11,216 bases of DNA from a virus: UHGV virus genome UHGV-0117802. The stretch is one strand, 5' to 3'. Positions 8,141-11,216 of this stretch are shown here, in pieces. The stretch's first letter is position 1. Every line of letters begins with the position of its first letter. Below the pieces are notes generated by a model, which did no database searches, was not told the origin of the DNA, and was given only the letters and a program-made list of their open reading frames with translations. Both the position numbers and the translations under genes were made by a program.

Positions 8141-8304
8141 TTGTTCCCCCGTTTTTTCGTAGATAGTTCTGCCAGCAATTCATCTTGTGAACGGCACGGA
8201 TGCCAGCGTTTACCATCCTCACCCATGATCCAGCCGTGACCGTAGTGCATTGCCGGACTTTGTTTTACCAGCAGCGATGCAAATGATGGTTCTTTCGTCA
8301 GCAT
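8104..8304 (-). CDS. Small protein (66 aa from ATG 8304) in the positional slot of 186 fil
   Basis: ATG at 8304 with GAGGTG RBS overlapping the cII stop. Overlaps the next gene's start by 37 nt. Identity not confirmed. Confidence 0.4.
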   Translation of the reverse strand: MLTKEPSFASLLVKQSPAMHYGHGWIMGEDGKRWHPCRSQDELLAELSTKKRGNKWLLKALRRLFH

Positions 8305-8311
8305 AAGCACC

Positions 8312-8821
8312 TCACAGCAAACCGAATGAAGCACCGAGGCCAGTCACGGTATCAACTGCACTCGCCATCGCAGGATTAGCCTGTAAACGGGCCTGCAATG
8401 AAACAGCAGCCAGCGCCATCAGTCGTGTAACAGAGTTAATGCTGCTGATCGCATCACGACGGCCTGCACTGGTTTTTACATCGCCAGAAACCGCACCTGC
8501 CGCGACACGCCCTATCTCTGCAGTTGCACTCATGACGTAATGCGGCAGTTTCTCTTTTGCCACCTCATTAATCGGTACACATGGCAGGCAGTGAATCTGT
8601 GCCAGAAAGCCATCTACCAGCGTTGAATCTTCAGTCAGATCGGTAAGCAACCAGATTTCTGGTGCGGTTAATAAATGAGGTTGAGCTGGGTTCAGCTTGT
8701 TCCGCAGAATCTGCACATTCATGCCTGCACGTTCTGCCAGTTGCACTAGGTTGTGGCGCAATGCGAATGCACGACAGGCTTCATCAAAATGTGGATGTTT
8801 GGAAACTTGGTAATCAAACAT
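8312..8821 (-). CDS. cII: CII-like lysogeny-establishment activator (169 aa)
   Basis: ATG at 8821 (the track start at 8827 is TTG) gives 169 aa, the length I recall for 186 CII. Position immediately after the apl-like gene. N-terminal region is HTH-like ([15 protein letters not shown]). Confidence 0.65.
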   Translation of the reverse strand: MFDYQVSKHPHFDEACRAFALRHNLVQLAERAGMNVQILRNKLNPAQPHLLTAPEIWLLTDLTEDSTLVDGFLAQIHCLPCVPINEVAKEKLPHYVMSATAEIGRVAAGAVSGDVKTSAGRRDAISSINSVTRLMALAAVSLQARLQANPAMASAVDTVTGLGASFGLL

Positions 8822-8853
8822 GGTCAATGCCTCTGATGTATTTCAGAATCGAA

Positions 8854-9075
8854 CTAATTAAGGTTTAGATTGCATTCTGAAAGCGCATCAACGGTCATGG
8901 CTGCTATGTTGATCATCACTTTTTCACGTTTTTTATCTTTGCGCAGACGGTGACGGATAAGGCGTCCGTCAGCCAACATGTCATTGATGGTATCGATGGA
9001 CAGCCCTGTCAGCTCGCTATAGCGTTCAATAGTCACATGAGGCGTGGTAAGAGTGATTGAAATGTTAGGTCTCAT
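8854..9075 (-). CDS. apl: Apl/Cox-like small HTH protein (73 aa), first gene of the lytic arm
   Basis: Divergent from cI across the switch region. HTH-like segment [21 protein letters not shown] followed by a basic tail. Confidence 0.55.
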   Translation of the reverse strand: MRPNISITLTTPHVTIERYSELTGLSIDTINDMLADGRLIRHRLRKDKKREKVMINIAAMTVDALSECNLNLN

Positions 9076-9200
9076 GATGCAACATTCCTCGTTTAATGAT
9101 GATTAATCAGGACGAATACGGATCGTTTGTATTTTGTGAACACCATAAACATACGATCGCACAGTGAAATCGTCAAGATAAAAGTTCACTTGGAGTGACC
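9076..9200. promoter_or_regulatory. Lysis-lysogeny switch region between apl and cI (promoters and operators)
   Basis: Candidate leftward promoter on the minus strand: TTGACG (9171-9176) - 17 bp - TATGTT (9148-9153). Direct repeats ATACGGATCG (9116-9125) and ATACGATCG (9151-9159), each containing GATC. Inverted GTGAAC (9136-9141) / GTTCAC (9184-9189). Confidence 0.5.
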
Positions 9201-9770
9201 ATGAATTTGGAGAAAGGCGGACGAGGCGCTATAGAGCGCATGGTAGAAGCTTATGGATTCAAAACTCGACAGGCGTTGTGCGATCATTTAGGAATCTCTA
9301 AAAGTACACTCGCCACACGCTACATGCGTGACTCATTCCCAGCAGAATGGGTAATCCAGTGCGCCCTTGAAACGGGCACCTCGCTTAATTGGCTCACAAC
9401 CGGACATGGTTCAAAGCAAACTTCAGGTAATACAAATACTATGGAAGTTGCTAAATATGTATTATCTGATGGTACCTTGCGTGAAGACGGTTTTTATATT
9501 TTTGATAAGGGATTTCTACCCTCTACGTTTAAAAAACCTTTTGTCATCACAGATAACAATTCTGAATTTATTTGTGATAAAGAATTTGATGATATACGTG
9601 ACGGTAAATGGGTAATAAGTATTGATGGCGAAATAACAATCCGCGATATTACTCGTTTACCCGGTGGAAGAATCTTCGTTGAAGGTGGAAACAGAGCCTT
9701 CGAGTGCAAGATAGAAGATGTTGAAATAATTGGGAAAATTATAAGTTTAACAATTAAGTACGTTAGGTAA
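9201..9770 (+). CDS. cI: CI repressor, phage 186 type (189 aa)
   Basis: N-terminal HTH region RQALCDHLGISKSTLATRYMRDSFPAEWVIQCALETGTSLNWL matches the Phage_CI_repr-type domain. Length is near 186 CI (192 aa). ATG at 9201 with GGAG RBS (the track start at 9195 is GTG). Followed by int on the same strand. Confidence 0.8.
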   Translation: MNLEKGGRGAIERMVEAYGFKTRQALCDHLGISKSTLATRYMRDSFPAEWVIQCALETGTSLNWLTTGHGSKQTSGNTNTMEVAKYVLSDGTLREDGFYIFDKGFLPSTFKKPFVITDNNSEFICDKEFDDIRDGKWVISIDGEITIRDITRLPGGRIFVEGGNRAFECKIEDVEIIGKIISLTIKYVR

Positions 9771-9785
9771 TACCGGGAGGAAACT

Positions 9786-9977
9786 ATGCTTGGTAAGGTA
9801 TTTTTTGTGGTTTTATCATGCTCTTTGTTATTAAACCCACTAACTACCTATGCTAAAAATTATCCTTGTTCTGGGAAAAAGGGAGGTGTCTCTCACTGTA
9901 CCTCCGATGGAAAGTTCGTTTGCAATGATGGAACTATTAGTAAATCAAAAAAAATCTGTACTAAAAACTCGCGATAA
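9786..9977 (+). CDS. Small secreted Cys-rich protein (63 aa) between cI and int
   Basis: Strong GGGAGG RBS 5 nt upstream of ATG. Signal-peptide-like N-terminus [23 protein letters not shown]. Mature part has 5 Cys and is Lys-rich. AT-rich codon usage. Confidence 0.5.
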   Translation: MLGKVFFVVLSCSLLLNPLTTYAKNYPCSGKKGGVSHCTSDGKFVCNDGTISKSKKICTKNSR

Positions 9978-10126
9978 ATTTTGCTTTTATATCTGCGCCT
10001 AATATAACAATGAGCCGCAGGCTAACCGCAAAAGTCACATACTCACATAGCAAAAAATAGCCAACTTCATTATGGCTTCAGTGAGATGTATGGTCGCAGG
10101 ATTTCATACATTGACACTGGTTATAT

Positions 10127-10142
10127 ATACAGTAAAAATGCT
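10127..10142 (+). promoter_or_regulatory. LexA-box-like palindrome CTGGTTATATATACAG upstream of int
   Basis: CTGG-N8-ACAG with an all-A/T spacer, two mismatches to the 16-bp LexA consensus. A TTGACA hexamer sits immediately upstream at 10121-10126. Lies about 20 bp before the int RBS. Confidence 0.3.
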
Positions 10143-10163
10143 CTCTATTGGAGGGCATTTTTT

Positions 10164-11216
10164 ATGGCAGTACGAAAACTCACCACAGGAAAATGGCTTT
10201 GCGAATGTTACCCCGCCGGACGTAGTGGGCGTCGTGTGCGTAAACAATTCGCCACCAAAGGCGAAGCTCTGGCTTTTGAGCGCCATACGATGGAAGAAAC
10301 CGAAGCAAAGCCCTGGCTGGGAGAATCAGTGGATCGTCGAACACTGAAAGACGTGGTTGAGCTATGGTTCAAACTACATGGTAAATCTCTAACCGCTGGG
10401 CAGCATGTCTATGATAAATTGCTGTTGATGGTTGACGCTCTGGGCAATCCCCTTGCAACCGATCTCACCTCTAAAATGTTTGCCCACTATCGAGATAAAC
10501 GCCTGACAGGTGAGATCTACTTCAGCGAGAAATGGAAGAAAGGAGCAAGCCCGGTCACCATTAACCTGGAGCAAAGCTATCTAAGTAGTGTTTTTAGCGA
10601 ACTATCCCGCCTGGGCGAATGGTCGTATCCAAACCCACTGGAGAACATGCGAAAATTCACCATCGCAGAAAAAGAGATGGCATGGCTTACCCATGAGCAG
10701 ATTGTTGAACTGCTGGCTGATTGCAAACGTCAGGACCCAATTCTGGCACTGGTAGTCAAGATATGCTTAAGCACAGGCGCACGCTGGCGAGAAGCAATAA
10801 ACCTTACCCGATCACAGGTGACTAAATACCGAATTACCTTTGTAAGAACGAAGGGGAAGAAAAACAGAAGCATCCCTATCAGTAAAGAGCTTTATGAAGA
10901 GATCATGGCGCTTGATGGGTTTAATTTCTTCACAGACTGCTATTTTCAATTTTTATCCGTGATGGAAAAAACGTCAATCGTGCTCCCTCGCGGTCAACTG
11001 ACACACGTTCTGCGCCATACGTTTGCGGCGCATTTCATGATGTCGGGTGGAAATATCCTTGCTTTGCAAAAAATCCTCGGACATCACGATATAAAAATGA
11101 CTATGCGTTACGCTCATCTGGCACCGGATCATCTGGAAACGGCGCTCCGTTTCAATCCTCTGGCAACGCTGCCAAGTGGCGACAAAGTGGCGGCAGCGGT
11201 TGGCATTACCCCGTAA
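10164..11216 (+). CDS. int: Tyrosine integrase, P2/186 family (350 aa)
   Basis: MAVRKLTTGKW..., LSTGARWREA, TFVRTKGKKNR, HVLRHTFAAHFMMSGGNILALQKILGH and MRYAHLAPDHLETA give the R...HxxR...Y catalytic layout and are near-collinear with P2 Int. ATG at 10164 with GGAGGG RBS. The gene ends at the window edge. Confidence 0.9.
   Translation: MAVRKLTTGKWLCECYPAGRSGRRVRKQFATKGEALAFERHTMEETEAKPWLGESVDRRTLKDVVELWFKLHGKSLTAGQHVYDKLLLMVDALGNPLATDLTSKMFAHYRDKRLTGEIYFSEKWKKGASPVTINLEQSYLSSVFSELSRLGEWSYPNPLENMRKFTIAEKEMAWLTHEQIVELLADCKRQDPILALVVKICLSTGARWREAINLTRSQVTKYRITFVRTKGKKNRSIPISKELYEEIMALDGFNFFTDCYFQFLSVMEKTSIVLPRGQLTHVLRHTFAAHFMMSGGNILALQKILGHHDIKMTMRYAHLAPDHLETALRFNPLATLPSGDKVAAAVGITP

Larger units (their letters stand above)
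1..11216. mobile_element. Segment of a 186-like (P2 family) prophage: cos region, SOS/tum module, replication gene A, early operon, cII-apl/cI switch, integrase
   Basis: Gene order and orientation match phage 186 (int-cI leftward arm; apl-cII-small genes-A-tum rightward arm; cos next to tum). Supported by a P2-type integrase, a 186-type CI, a 169-aa CII, an HUH replication protein, a LexA-boxed DinI/Tum-like gene and a cos-like GC-rich 19-mer. Element boundaries are outside the window. Confidence 0.8.

Noticed and set aside
5644-10086. Longer N-terminal extensions given by the ORF track (starts at 5644, 7334, 7737, 8334, 8827, 9195, 10086)
   Set aside because: These starts are TTG or GTG without a suitably placed RBS. 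Internal ATG codons with Shine-Dalgarno motifs, often overlapping the upstream stop, give lengths matching known homologs (Dam, CII 169 aa, Int 350 aa).
10121-10126. TTGACA as the -35 of a sigma70 promoter for int
   Set aside because: No acceptable -10 hexamer lies 16-18 bp downstream (that position reads AAAAAT), so a classical promoter is not supported. The adjacent palindrome is reported separately.
10072-10347. 91-aa plus-strand ORF and 60-aa minus-strand ORF overlapping the int start
   Set aside because: They overlap the integrase coding frame and have no independent support.
1-11216. Retron or reverse transcriptase next to Dam (as in the retron-Ec67 prophage), CRISPR arrays, tRNA or rRNA genes
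   Set aside because: No ORF carries reverse-transcriptase motifs (no YxDD box), there is no repeat-spacer periodicity, and no tRNA-like structure was found. The integration-site tRNA, if any, should lie beyond the right edge.

Overview
This window reads as the early and lysogeny-control half of a P2/186-family (186-like) temperate prophage of an enterobacterium, in inverted orientation. Left to right: a 3' gene fragment (possibly portal); a hairpin; an AT-rich cargo gene for a Schlafen/AlbA_2 + HATPase_c_4 type protein (minus strand); a putative cos site with CATGCA repeats; a secreted cargo protein (plus strand); a LexA-box-controlled tum/DinI-like module that appears split by a frameshift; replication gene A (HUH rolling-circle initiator); an unknown 276-aa protein and a Dam methyltransferase translationally coupled into the early operon; a TraR/DksA-like zinc-finger and small early genes; cII and apl; the switch region; cI; a small secreted Cys-rich ORF; and a P2-type tyrosine integrase at the right edge (the att site should lie just beyond the window). 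No rRNA, tRNA, CRISPR array or reverse transcriptase was seen. Most worth a second look: the cos-flanking AT-rich cargo genes, the Dam + unknown-enzyme module wedged before gene A, and the split SOS-controlled tum gene. All family assignments come from motif recognition by eye; no database search was run.
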